Source of the DNA: Candidatus Omnitrophota bacterium | GTDB taxonomy: Bacteria > Omnitrophota > Gorgyraeia > Gygaellales > JAQTUX01 | Reading direction: 5' to 3' | Assembly (NCBI GenBank): GCA_028707125.1 | Contig: JAQTUX010000001.1 | Coordinates: forward strand, 1,066,438 to 1,130,437 | Length of the DNA stretch: 64,000 nucleotides | Part shown: in pieces, positions 17,620 to 30,369 of the stretch | Position numbering within the stretch: position 1 is the stretch's first letter | How the letters are laid out: every line of letters begins with the position of its first letter | The notes under the pieces: model-generated | The model's input: only the letters and a program-made list of their open reading frames with translations | Database searches by the model: none | Told to the model about the DNA's origin: nothing | Program-made: the position numbers and the translations under genes

Positions 17620-19133
17620 ATTATTTTAAACTTTCTTTTTAAGATCTGATTTGCTACCCGCTCTCCACCCAATATTACGCCTGTGATGCCTCCTCCAAGC
17701 TGTGTCCATGCGCTGGATAAGTAAACATTATCAATCGGAGTTCTTGTTTTGAAACGACTTAGCCCGCTTTGAGAGACGATTCTGCTCCACCCATATAATG
17801 CCCCTTTATAATTGCCGGTATATCTTTCCATTGTAAGCGGCGTTGCAATAGACATTTCTTCAATATATGAAGATAAATCGGGTATAATCTTCTCTGTTCT
17901 CTTAATTAAAATGTCTGCCAATCGTCGTTTTTCTTCTCTGTACTGTTCCTTTGATAATTTTTTCCAAAAGTCATATCCCGCAAGCGTAATAATACCCATT
18001 ATAAATTTACCGGTCGGAGCAATATCCGGCTGGAGATTAGAGTATAAAGTTATGACATATGGAACAGTGTCCATTTTGTTATCTTCTATATCCTTGTATT
18101 GAGTATCTAAATCATAGCTTGGGTTATAAAATATTTCATAATCTGTAAAACCTTTATTTCTTAAATCTACATTCAAACCTAAATAAATCTGAAAAGCAGA
18201 AATGGATGGCTCCATACCACCGATTCTTTTTATGGTTCTTTCAGGAAGATATTCTTTACCGATTAAGTTAAAAAATGTTTTAGTTGAGTCAACATTTGAA
18301 ATGATTATATCTCCGAAAAATTCTTCCTTATCCTTCGCCCTGACTCCTTGGGCGACATTATCTCTTAGAAGTATCTTTTCTGCCTCTTTGTTTAAAATTA
18401 TCCTGCCGCCTTCCTCTTTAATTGCTTCGCAAAGACCGTTTGAAAGAGATTGACTCCCGTTCTTAATATAGCATCCGCCATTATGCAAATAATCATGCCA
18501 GGCATAAGCTAAATAGAAAGACGGCAGCATGCTCGGCGGCAAACCAACATATTCCCAAAGTTGTGAAACCACGGCCTTCAAACGGCTATCCCTTAAAAAA
18601 TTATCTAATAATTTCTGAAATGGCTTATTTGCATAGAGGAATAATTTTGGAAATTTTATGGGAAAATAAAGCATTTCAATGCTGGGAGGAAGATCGTTAG
18701 CATATAGAAATTTCACCACCTCATGATATATTTTGGATATTTCATTGGATAATTTTCTTAGACCGATATGCTCTGAAGGGAATGCCTTTATTAAGTCATT
18801 TAAATATTGCTGGGGATTATTCTGGGATATCCGTAAGTCAAAATCAGGGAATATTGAACGATAAAGATACGCCGATTTTAGGAAGCTGATTTTACCTATA
18901 ACGCCACATCTCTTAAGTACTTTATAGGTAGCACCCTCTTTATCACAGCCACAAATCAAATGTAGCGATGCATCAAATTTAAAATCACCCCTTCTAAAAT
19001 CCGCCGCATACCCACCGGCAACCGGGTTTTTCTCAAGCACGAGCACTTTCCTGCCGCTTTTTGCAAGCAGGGCAGCGGCAGTGAGACCGCCTATGCCTGC
19101 GCCTATGACGATGACGTCATACTTATTTTTCAT
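17616..19133 (-). CDS. FAD-dependent oxidoreductase, phytoene-desaturase (CrtI/CrtD) family
   Basis: N-terminal Rossmann VIVIGAGIGGLTAAALLAKSG...VLEKN; 505 aa. Confidence 0.65.
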   Translation of the reverse strand: MKNKYDVIVIGAGIGGLTAAALLAKSGRKVLVLEKNPVAGGYAADFRRGDFKFDASLHLICGCDKEGATYKVLKRCGVIGKISFLKSAYLYRSIFPDFDLRISQNNPQQYLNDLIKAFPSEHIGLRKLSNEISKIYHEVVKFLYANDLPPSIEMLYFPIKFPKLFLYANKPFQKLLDNFLRDSRLKAVVSQLWEYVGLPPSMLPSFYLAYAWHDYLHNGGCYIKNGSQSLSNGLCEAIKEEGGRIILNKEAEKILLRDNVAQGVRAKDKEEFFGDIIISNVDSTKTFFNLIGKEYLPERTIKRIGGMEPSISAFQIYLGLNVDLRNKGFTDYEIFYNPSYDLDTQYKDIEDNKMDTVPYVITLYSNLQPDIAPTGKFIMGIITLAGYDFWKKLSKEQYREEKRRLADILIKRTEKIIPDLSSYIEEMSIATPLTMERYTGNYKGALYGWSRIVSQSGLSRFKTRTPIDNVYLSSAWTQLGGGITGVILGGERVANQILKRKFKII

Positions 19134-19816
19134 TCCTTCTTTGGTTTAACTGCAAACGCGCCGCTGGTTTTAGCCACTACCGTATCCCCTACCATTGCTA
19201 TTGTCTCTATTATGCCGCTGGTATCAAGGATTTTTACGCTCTTGGCCTCTATAGTAAGTGTGTCACCGGGATACACAGGAGAAAGGAGCTCTGTATTGAC
19301 CTTTACCAGATAGTAATCAGGATGGGTATTTGCGATTTGTGGTTTTGCAGTGTAGTAAAGTATGAGGGATGCCTGGGCCATTGCCTCAATAATCAATGCG
19401 CCCGGCATTATGGGCTTGTTGGGGAAGTGGCCTTCAAAGTATTTTTCTTTTGGATCAATATATTTTTTAGCCACGATGCGCCTGCCTTCGTCTATCTCAA
19501 CAACCTCATCAATAAACAGAAACGGCTCTCTGTGGGGCAGTATGCTTTTGATTTTCTCTTTATCCATCCTGCCATACCCTGATTGCTTTAGGTTCCTGGC
19601 GAGTTCAATTACTTTATTCAGAGTTCTGGCCTTTGGGATTTCTGTTTCCGGCACAGTTATCTTAAATCTCCTCTCCAGCGCCGCGACTATCTCAAGACCC
19701 TTCATTGAGTCAACCTCAAGGTCGGCAAAATCCTTGTCGGGATCAATTTTATCTGCAGGAATCTCAATAATCTCTGATACAAGTTCGGCTATTTCGTTTT
19801 CAAATTTAGCAGGCAT
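19130..19816 (-). CDS. Acyl carrier protein fused to FabZ/FabA-type 3-hydroxyacyl-ACP dehydratase (hotdog)
   Basis: The N-terminal 80 aa are an ACP fold with the Ser attachment motif LEVDSM. The C-terminus has the HxxxGxxxxP dehydratase motif EGHFPNKPIMPG. Confidence 0.6.
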   Translation of the reverse strand: MPAKFENEIAELVSEIIEIPADKIDPDKDFADLEVDSMKGLEIVAALERRFKITVPETEIPKARTLNKVIELARNLKQSGYGRMDKEKIKSILPHREPFLFIDEVVEIDEGRRIVAKKYIDPKEKYFEGHFPNKPIMPGALIIEAMAQASLILYYTAKPQIANTHPDYYLVKVNTELLSPVYPGDTLTIEAKSVKILDTSGIIETIAMVGDTVVAKTSGAFAVKPKKE

Positions 19817-19839
19817 AGCATCGTCTCCATACTTCTATA

Positions 19840-20154
19840 TTATATTTTCTTCTCAAGATAATCCACGACATCTTTAATGATAGACATCTTCTCTGCATCT
19901 TCATCAGGAATCTCCATACCGAATTCCTGCTCTATGGACATAAGCAGCTCAATGCCTTTCAGGGAATCCATGGACAAATCCTTGTTGAAGTTTAAATCCG
20001 GTGTTATTGTATTGGGGTCACTGATCTTGAATTCCTCTGCCACTACCTTCTGTATGCGCAGGAAAATCTCCCGGCGCTTTGATTCCCTGGCGCCATCCTG
20101 CTCTTTACGCTTCTTCCTGAAAATGGCCATGACCCTGTTCTCCTTTTGGGTCAA
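19840..20154 (-). CDS. Acyl carrier protein (with basic N-terminal extension)
   Basis: DLSMDSLKGIELLMSIEQEF carries the phosphopantetheine DSL motif. Confidence 0.6.
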   Translation of the reverse strand: MTQKENRVMAIFRKKRKEQDGARESKRREIFLRIQKVVAEEFKISDPNTITPDLNFNKDLSMDSLKGIELLMSIEQEFGMEIPDEDAEKMSIIKDVVDYLEKKI

Positions 20155-20211
20155 TTTTCTATACTACTCTCATTAATAATGTCTATCAAGGAGTAATTTT
20201 CCCTATCTATC

Positions 20212-20457
20212 TTATAGCATATCATCTGGTAAATCCGTCCTGTATTGTTCTTTAATTTCTTTAACTTTATCCCTACCCGTAAAAGTGTCATATCTATAAA
20301 TCTCGTCGAACTGAATGTCTTTATTGAAATTATCTACGACGGACTCGTACCCAGCTACTAGGGAATACTGTTTACCTTTATCATTTTCCCAATCGATAAA
20401 AATATAAGCCCTGTACTTCTTCTCGTTACTCATTGTGAGGCAACGGCTCAGAGGCAT
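20212..20457 (-). CDS. Hypothetical small protein
   Basis: 81-aa ORF in the AT-rich island edge; no family recognised. Confidence 0.3.
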   Translation of the reverse strand: MPLSRCLTMSNEKKYRAYIFIDWENDKGKQYSLVAGYESVVDNFNKDIQFDEIYRYDTFTGRDKVKEIKEQYRTDLPDDML

Positions 20458-20525
20458 GGGGACTGTCCCCGGACTTCGCGTTTAGCATTAAATGCAGCTG
20501 TCCCGTTTTTTTAGCGAAGGTTTAA

Positions 20526-20906
20526 TCATTTATCAGTAAACACTATTGCTGTACCTGTTTCGTACATCCCCATTTGTTTTATATCTATGACTGCATCTGC
20601 CCCAACCTCTCGCGCTTTTTTTATCATATCTCTTTCATCGCTAATACGGTGAGGAGTACCACCAGTCCCAAAAAAGCTAGCGCATTTACTTATTTTAATA
20701 ATACCGATTTCTTTATAGGGTCTATCGGGTTTAATTGTAGAAAATAGCGAAATCTCCTCTTTCTCAGTTTTAGGAGGATATTCAGCTTCTGTAAACTTTG
20801 TAAATCTTACTGAAGAAGAACCATACATAAGATAATTACACCCATTAATGGATACCGCTAGCGCTAATAAGGCAATAACCTTTTTCATGCTTCCCTCCTC
20901 AAGCAT
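20526..20906 (-). CDS. Putative lipoprotein
   Basis: MKKVIALLALAVSINGC is a signal peptide with a lipobox. The likely start is the internal MKK. Confidence 0.4.
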   Translation of the reverse strand: MLEEGSMKKVIALLALAVSINGCNYLMYGSSSVRFTKFTEAEYPPKTEKEEISLFSTIKPDRPYKEIGIIKISKCASFFGTGGTPHRISDERDMIKKAREVGADAVIDIKQMGMYETGTAIVFTDK

Positions 20907-20963
20907 ATCCTGATTACCTGTTTTCTATCCTTACGCCGCATTTGAGGCAAAGGTTAACTTAGC

Positions 20964-24020
<3,057 letters not shown>

Positions 24021-24046
24021 ATCAATTAAGCATTTTACAACAAATA

Positions 24047-25864
24047 TTATTTCTTCTTGGCAAAATGTCGCTTTATCTTTCCATCTAGTTCAGCGGTACG
24101 CACGCCCATAGGTATATCTGCTTTATTGGTACCTATATTTTTCCGACAGAACTTTACAAAATCATCAAAAGATTTATCGAAAATCGAATAAAACTCCTTA
24201 TCTTCCTTAAGGGTCTTTAAAATCCGTTCTGATGCTGATATTAACAATGCTCTATCATAATTACCACCGATTATACAATGAAGATAAAAACAACCAATGT
24301 GGAATTTACCATACGACAACAACATATTTTTATACGGATCTACAATGCTTTTATTACGCTGCAGATATCTAATATTTTTATTTAAACGCACATCAATTTC
24401 GACTGGAATACGATAAAGCCTATAATCAACCACGCGTTCTTTCTCGGAAGGAAACACCTCATCATATTTCACTTTAAAAAGTCGCTTAGGATGGCTCTTT
24501 GCTTGAGAAGGCATATCTAAAATATATGATAAATATAGCTGAAATAACTTTTGGATACTCACAACATTTCGTTTACCTTGATTACGATAGAAATTTGTAC
24601 GTCGCTCGTAATAAATACCGAAATCGAGCAAGTATCTTTCTATGTTCTTCTGAATGTCTTCACCAGCCCGCAGAGAAAAAGTTTTAATAGGCGTTTGGGA
24701 ATTGGTGGCCTCCGTTATTTTAAAAATTAAATCTCGGTCCTTTGTGGCGATAATCTTAACAAGCACATGTGCCCCATCTTTTAATAATCTTAGCTGTTTA
24801 GATTCATCCAAATTTTCTCCTCGTTCAGTTCTTTCTCTATTATTTAAAGCAATATATAGAGCATTTGCTGTTTGGCAGCCATTTACAACCTGACAACCAT
24901 ATAATTTCAATCGATTATTTGGCATTTCATCGACATGGCGACAAATAATAGTCATACCATTATTTAAGCCCCAAAAATACTTAGAATCATCCTCGCTCGA
25001 ACATGTATCAATTATCTTAGTATTTAGTTCGTTGCGTTGATAATAATCCCTAATATTAGCTTCAAATAAAGCCCCTTGCCACACTTTAACCAAATTTGCG
25101 ATTTGACTACTCTTTATAATACAAATATATCCTGTTAAACTCCTATTTGCTTCAATTGGAGTGATATATTTTAAATTTGCAACATATTCAACCGATTCAA
25201 TGATCTCATCACCCTTATCTTGTAAATCAACTAATTCTTGTGCGCCTATCAATTTAATATCAACATTGGCATAACCTGCGGTTTTTAAGATTTGTTCTAT
25301 TTCCTGAATATGTGGGGACAATACCGGATCGTCCAGAACAGTATCTTTTACTCCAGAAAAGATAAAATAAACAATGACTTTAACTTGGTCTGGAGAATAA
25401 CGAGTATAAATTTCTTCACGAACAGAAGCGATATCTATGGTACGCTGATAAAGATATGAATTAAGATTGTCTTGTATTTCATTCCGAATAAATGATTTTT
25501 GAATGCCATCCTTCATCTTTAATATAGAATCCAAATCAAGGCCGCTCCGTTTGAATTGAAAAAGATGAAAAATAAATTTTGAATCTTCATTACATTCAGA
25601 AAGATCTTCTATTGAATTAAGTATTCTTCGATTAGCTGTAAGATATAACGCGTCCACCCCATAATCATGCCCTACCTTACGATAAGAACTATCTGTAATA
25701 CCCTCTTCAATCTCTACCAGTTGCAATTCTTTAAAAACTTGCTCTAATGAATATAGCATAAATTCCGAACCACGCTTTACATCATTATCTAAACCATCTG
25801 TAAAATCGCGATAAGAATCCGAAAGTGCGTTTACACGGTTATCGAGCAATGTAAAAATACTCAT
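24047..25864 (-). CDS. AIPR-family abortive-infection protein
   Basis: 605 aa and AT-rich. It has the conserved QVVNGCQT motif and sits between hsdS and hsdR, the canonical context for AIPR. RBS GGAGGGAG. Confidence 0.5.
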   Translation of the reverse strand: MSIFTLLDNRVNALSDSYRDFTDGLDNDVKRGSEFMLYSLEQVFKELQLVEIEEGITDSSYRKVGHDYGVDALYLTANRRILNSIEDLSECNEDSKFIFHLFQFKRSGLDLDSILKMKDGIQKSFIRNEIQDNLNSYLYQRTIDIASVREEIYTRYSPDQVKVIVYFIFSGVKDTVLDDPVLSPHIQEIEQILKTAGYANVDIKLIGAQELVDLQDKGDEIIESVEYVANLKYITPIEANRSLTGYICIIKSSQIANLVKVWQGALFEANIRDYYQRNELNTKIIDTCSSEDDSKYFWGLNNGMTIICRHVDEMPNNRLKLYGCQVVNGCQTANALYIALNNRERTERGENLDESKQLRLLKDGAHVLVKIIATKDRDLIFKITEATNSQTPIKTFSLRAGEDIQKNIERYLLDFGIYYERRTNFYRNQGKRNVVSIQKLFQLYLSYILDMPSQAKSHPKRLFKVKYDEVFPSEKERVVDYRLYRIPVEIDVRLNKNIRYLQRNKSIVDPYKNMLLSYGKFHIGCFYLHCIIGGNYDRALLISASERILKTLKEDKEFYSIFDKSFDDFVKFCRKNIGTNKADIPMGVRTAELDGKIKRHFAKKK

Positions 25865-25890
25865 AATCTCCCTCCATCCTTATACAGATC

Positions 25891-25933
25891 ACCCTTATCT
25901 TTCCTGACATCAGCTTTAGCAAAAGAGAATCGC
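25891..25933 (-). repeat. 43-nt duplicate of hsdS 3' end (remnant encoding ..DSLLLKLMSGKIRV..)
   Basis: 39/43 nt identical to 26934-26976, which is inside the hsdS C-terminus (..DSLLPRLMSGKIRV). This is a direct repeat bracketing ORF 25955-26911. Confidence 0.65.
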
Positions 25934-25954
25934 ACGCCTAAACAACTTTATTGA

Positions 25955-26911
25955 TCACATTGATACCATTTCTCGCTCGAGATCTTCAATTCCCCAAGAG
26001 CCCCACGAATCGGCCTCTTTATTAAATTCATTCCACTCTTTGTCTAAGATCTCAACTCCTTCCGGAGAAACTAATGGTTTATCAATAAATTCAAGATGAT
26101 CATATTGAGGAACTGGCAAAAAACCACCACTTCCTCCGAACAGTATATACACATTAATGAAGTCAACGACTTGACAAATTACTTTATGTGCTTTCCATAG
26201 ATATCCTAGCGTGATTGAAACCTGATCGGCGTTATCATATTTTCTACTTTCCGGGGTAGCCGCGTGAGCTATATTTTTGTCCACATGAGCCTTTATATCA
26301 TCAGTAGCTGATTTAATTTTCTTAATAAGGTAACTAAAAATTTCTTTGCGAATATAATCATTGGGCGTTCGCTGATTCTCTTTAATTCCGGATAAAGCAT
26401 CTATCTGCTCATGCCGCATCCTCAAGAGCTGACTATCTAATTCACGTGGCAAGAAAAAAGCGCCCGAACCACTCCGCAACTTCTCCAACCTATAAGCTGA
26501 CGCACGCTGCTCTACAGCCTCATAATCATACTCCCTGTCTTCAGCTAGAAATAAATATCTTCGGGTCATTAAAGAAGTCTTTGCTCTCATATCGTTTAAT
26601 AATGATACCAAAGAAAATGCCCCCTTCTTCCCAGTAAGTGGATGCGGATCAATTAGGCGTCTGATAGCCAGAAATTGGCTGTCGAAAAAACATTCATCAA
26701 TAAAATAATGCAATGTTCCATTAATTTCTTTATTACCCTGATGATTATCTGGCGCAATTTTTCTAGCACAATTAATCAGTCTAAAAACCGCAGCATTCCA
26801 AATCATCTGATAAACCTGATGAATAATTGAGTTGCGATCGTTTAATGCAAAGCACTCAACCCATAAATCACGTCTTAGTTTAAATTTATTGAATTGCGCA
26901 TCACAAACCAT
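25955..26911 (-). CDS. Hypothetical 318-aa protein embedded in the Type I R-M operon (candidate defense protein with HEPN-like RNxxxH motif)
   Basis: Its start is adjacent to the hsdS stop at 26913, so the two are translationally coupled. AT-rich. Contains RNSIIH and RRLIDPH (Rx4H) motifs and no other recognisable domain. Confidence 0.5.
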   Translation of the reverse strand: MVCDAQFNKFKLRRDLWVECFALNDRNSIIHQVYQMIWNAAVFRLINCARKIAPDNHQGNKEINGTLHYFIDECFFDSQFLAIRRLIDPHPLTGKKGAFSLVSLLNDMRAKTSLMTRRYLFLAEDREYDYEAVEQRASAYRLEKLRSGSGAFFLPRELDSQLLRMRHEQIDALSGIKENQRTPNDYIRKEIFSYLIKKIKSATDDIKAHVDKNIAHAATPESRKYDNADQVSITLGYLWKAHKVICQVVDFINVYILFGGSGGFLPVPQYDHLEFIDKPLVSPEGVEILDKEWNEFNKEADSWGSWGIEDLEREMVSM

Positions 26912-26912
26912 A

Positions 26913-28115
26913 TTAATTCTTAATAGAATCGACCCGTATCTTTCCTGACATCAGCCTTGGCAAAAGGGAATCGCGAACTTCAGTTAACCTGCGATTTTCC
27001 TCTTCATTTTTGCGAATCATTGCTTCAATAGAATTAATAACTATGTCAAACTGTTGCATAATAGCATCGGCTGGAATTACCACGTCGATCTTATGAAATT
27101 CTTTCTTATTTAAGCATCCAAAAACCGTTCCTTCCGAGTTAAACCGGTCCCATAAATCCTTTCTCGTAACAAGAAAATAGAAAAGAAACCCGTTTGAATA
27201 ATTTTTCATTCTTAGAGCCGCAACTCCACGTCCAATTGCGCACTTTCCCAATGTAATATTAAGAGCTCCGACAGGAGCGCGCACACTTATAAGAATGTCT
27301 TTGGCTTCTGCTATTCTTGTTGGAGCGGTACAATAAACCCTTGGCGTAGGGAAGCGAAAGCCAAAATCTCTGTTTCCCTGATAGAAAACCGCACCTTCTC
27401 CAGATTCATTATAAGTTTCACCTGGCGGCGATTGCCCCATGACAATATCGCAAATATCAATCAACTTTCCCTTAAGCCATCCTTGCGGTAAACCATCAAC
27501 AAATTTAGCCTTTTCGTATCCCGGAAACTCGAAATCCACAAACCACCGCTTGAAAATCGCCTGGGCGATGGATCCAAGGGTTTTATTCATCCGGCGGTTA
27601 AGCTCGATTTTTGCGTCAAGGTCGGAGAGGATTTTAGTAATAGCCCTCCGCTCCTCATCATTTTTTACCCATGGGAATTTTATCTTATTTAAGTTTTCTT
27701 GACTCAATTTAGGCTGAACAGCACCAGTAATAAACGCATTAATAGTAGTATTTTTTAATTGGTAATAAAGAAACAAGGTATTGCCATAGGAATCGCTTTG
27801 CAGAACATGAGCATGATTACTCACCCAAAACTTCCCGCGTGGCAATTGAAGCATTGGCTTAAAACCGTCGCAGGTAACTGTTCCGTCTTCGGCAATAAGA
27901 AGATAATCTCCATCGTATTTATAGTCATTAACATAATCTATTATTCCAGCAGCACCATAATAAGGATACTGCCCCTTACTTTTTGACCTTTCAGCAGAGC
28001 TTAATGGTTTTCTTTTATTGTCAAAATTAGAAGCGACATCAGGGATTGTAACCATTTCCCAATCTTCAGGAATCATCCCGATTTCAGTCTCTTTGAGTTT
28101 TGTTTTTTGTTTCAT
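26913..28115 (-). CDS. hsdS: Type I restriction-modification specificity subunit
   Basis: 400 aa with two TRD halves, a central conserved helix (ITKILSDLDAKIELNRRMNKTL) and a C-terminal conserved helix (LTEVRDSLLPRLMSGKIRV). Confidence 0.8.
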   Translation of the reverse strand: MKQKTKLKETEIGMIPEDWEMVTIPDVASNFDNKRKPLSSAERSKSKGQYPYYGAAGIIDYVNDYKYDGDYLLIAEDGTVTCDGFKPMLQLPRGKFWVSNHAHVLQSDSYGNTLFLYYQLKNTTINAFITGAVQPKLSQENLNKIKFPWVKNDEERRAITKILSDLDAKIELNRRMNKTLGSIAQAIFKRWFVDFEFPGYEKAKFVDGLPQGWLKGKLIDICDIVMGQSPPGETYNESGEGAVFYQGNRDFGFRFPTPRVYCTAPTRIAEAKDILISVRAPVGALNITLGKCAIGRGVAALRMKNYSNGFLFYFLVTRKDLWDRFNSEGTVFGCLNKKEFHKIDVVIPADAIMQQFDIVINSIEAMIRKNEEENRRLTEVRDSLLPRLMSGKIRVDSIKN

Positions 28116-28657
28116 CTGTTATTTTCTAAAAATATGTCCATTAGTTCTTTTAAGGTTTTATATCCATACTCCACAGCAAACCGATCCCTTTCACGCTCTG
28201 GGTCTTTTGTACCGTGAAATAAATTATTTCTGATACTGCACCAAAATTCAACCATGTTCCCCCAATCACTGAGCGAATGAATAACCCCCTTTATTTCTTG
28301 TCGCTCTTCCGGAGACATCTCATCAAGGTTATTTTTTGAGCAATTCCACCACTTTATTTCTTCTACAGAATTGAGGTCCCGAGAAGCATTGCCGAGCCTC
28401 AGTTTATCTAGTTCTTGCTTAATATGCTCCCAATCCTTTCTCAGAAACTTTCTTGATTTTATGCGTTCTAAATATTTCTTTCTTATATCTTTAGCTTGCT
28501 TAAGCTTTTGAATAGCTTGCCTGTCTGAATCATTGCTTAAATATTTTTGAGTCTTCAAATATGCAATAAATGCTAGATATTCAAATACAAATTTAGAAAA
28601 ATAGTCTTCTTCACTTGCTTTCGCATGCCAATTCTTTATTAATTGCTCATAGCTCAT
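28112..28657 (-). CDS. HEPN-like protein inserted between hsdM and hsdS
   Basis: 181 aa with the C-terminal motif [12 protein letters not shown] (Rx4H with RN..H). Its start overlaps the hsdM stop and its stop overlaps the hsdS start. Confidence 0.4.
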   Translation of the reverse strand: MSYEQLIKNWHAKASEEDYFSKFVFEYLAFIAYLKTQKYLSNDSDRQAIQKLKQAKDIRKKYLERIKSRKFLRKDWEHIKQELDKLRLGNASRDLNSVEEIKWWNCSKNNLDEMSPEERQEIKGVIHSLSDWGNMVEFWCSIRNNLFHGTKDPERERDRFAVEYGYKTLKELMDIFLENNR

Positions 28658-30230
28658 ATCCCAAACCTTCCAAGTTTTTCTTTATTTCTTGCTCAAGCTC
28701 TTTTGATTTCTTGAATTGAAAATAAAGCTCAGATGTAAGCCTTTGCATTTTCTTTTCAAAAAGCTCATCATCCTCTTCAACCTCTTCGGTTCCGACATAT
28801 CTGCCCGGAGTCAAAATATGCCCGTGTTTCTGTATCTCATCGAGCTTAACTGCCTTGCAGAATCCTCTAACATCTTTATATTTCCCGCCTTCGCCTCTCC
28901 AAGCGTGATAGGTTAAGGCAATCTTTTTTATTTCCTCATCGGTTAATTCACGATGGCGCCTGTCAATCATCGCCCCCATATTCCTGGCATCAATAAAGAG
29001 AATTTCTCCGCGCCTGTCTCTAAACTTATGGTTCTTCTTATCGCGGGAGACAAACCAGAGGCATACGGGAATCATGGTGTTATAAAAAAGCTGCGAAGGT
29101 AACGATATCATGCAGTCCACAAGGTTTGCCTCTATGATATTCTTTCGGATTTCGCCTTCACCAGAGGTATTAGAAGACATAGAGCCATTGGCTAAAACAA
29201 ACCCTGCTGTGCCGCTTGGAGAAAGATGATGAATGAAATGCTGCACCCAGGCAAAGTTGGCATTCCCTGCAGGAGGCACTCCATATTTCCAGCGCGCATC
29301 TTCTCGCAGAAGCTCGCCTTTCCAATCGCTGTCATTGAAAGGCGGATTGGCGATAACAAAGTCGGCCTTCAGGTCCTTGTGGGCGTCATTCAAAAAGCTG
29401 CCTTCATTATTCCAGGTAATATGCGCATCTATGCCGCGGATGGCAAGGTTCATCTTACATAGACGCCAGGTTGTCTGGTTGGATTCCTGTCCGTAGACCG
29501 CGATATCTCCGATGCGTCCGCCGTGCGCCTGCACAAACTTCTCGCTCTGAACAAACATACCGCCTGAGCCGCAGCAGGGATCAAATACCCTGCCTTTATA
29601 CGGCTCGAGCATTTCAACCAACAGCTTAACAATGCAGCGCGCAGTATAAAATTGGCCGCCCTTCTTACCTTCGGCATCGGCAAATTGGCCGAGAAAATAC
29701 TCATATACACGGCCTAAAATGTCCTTACTGCGGCCCTCTTTATCGCCAAGCACTATGGTCCCTATCAAATCAATTAGTTCGCCAAGGCGCTGCTTATCAA
29801 GGGATGACCGGGCATAATTCTTAGGAAGCACTCCTCTAAGAGAAGAATTCCCTTTCTCAACCGCATCCATAGCATCATCAATAATCTTGCCTATGGTTGG
29901 CTGTTTGGCATTCTTCTGCAGATAATCCCAGCGCGCCTTTTTAGGAACATAAAAGACATTCTCGGCCCTGTATTCATCGGGATCATTCAATGTTTCATAC
30001 CGCGCCTGCGGCTCGGCAAGATAATATTCGCCCTTACTATCAGACAGTTCTTTCTCTAAATCATTGTAATGTTCCTCAAAGGCATCAGAGATGTATTTCA
30101 AGAAAATAAGCCCCAGGACAACATGCTTATACTCGGCAGCGTCCATATTATTACGGAGCTTATCCGCGGCCTGCCACAGCTTTGCCTCAAAGCCAAGATT
30201 GGCTCCGTTGTCTTTCTTCTTTTTAACCAT
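28647..30230 (-). CDS. hsdM: Type I restriction-modification N6-adenine DNA methyltransferase subunit
   Basis: HsdM N-terminal domain, then motif I (DPCCGSGGM) and motif IV (VIANPPFN). Confidence 0.9.
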   Translation of the reverse strand: MVKKKKDNGANLGFEAKLWQAADKLRNNMDAAEYKHVVLGLIFLKYISDAFEEHYNDLEKELSDSKGEYYLAEPQARYETLNDPDEYRAENVFYVPKKARWDYLQKNAKQPTIGKIIDDAMDAVEKGNSSLRGVLPKNYARSSLDKQRLGELIDLIGTIVLGDKEGRSKDILGRVYEYFLGQFADAEGKKGGQFYTARCIVKLLVEMLEPYKGRVFDPCCGSGGMFVQSEKFVQAHGGRIGDIAVYGQESNQTTWRLCKMNLAIRGIDAHITWNNEGSFLNDAHKDLKADFVIANPPFNDSDWKGELLREDARWKYGVPPAGNANFAWVQHFIHHLSPSGTAGFVLANGSMSSNTSGEGEIRKNIIEANLVDCMISLPSQLFYNTMIPVCLWFVSRDKKNHKFRDRRGEILFIDARNMGAMIDRRHRELTDEEIKKIALTYHAWRGEGGKYKDVRGFCKAVKLDEIQKHGHILTPGRYVGTEEVEEDDELFEKKMQRLTSELYFQFKKSKELEQEIKKNLEGLGYEL

Positions 30231-30265
30231 TATCGCTTCCTCCCTATGACCGCCAAACTTAAAAG

Positions 30266-30291
30266 CCGGGACATCTCCTCCCCGGCATAAG
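30266..30291 (-). terminator. Possible intrinsic terminator downstream of the PLD gene
   Basis: On the minus strand the sequence reads GCCGGGgaggagatgtCCCGGCttttaagttt, i.e. a 6-bp GC stem followed by a T-rich tract. Confidence 0.35.
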
Positions 30292-30369
30292 CGTTTTATA
30301 AGTGTCTGGGCGTCATCTTCATCTCTGCCATATAGTTACATATTATAGCACCCCTATATTTGTGAGCAA

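Noticed and set aside
20458-20525. Possible terminator hairpin GGGGACTGTCCCC between the lipoprotein gene and the small ORF
   Set aside because: The stem has a 1-3-nt loop and no adjacent U-tract on either strand. Not convincing.
25891-26976. Considered whether the two 'tcctgacatcagc' repeats were CRISPR repeats or an IS terminal pair
   Set aside because: Only two copies, 1 kb apart, and both are in frame as the HsdS C-terminal peptide. No cas genes or transposase. Interpreted as a duplicated hsdS 3' end instead.
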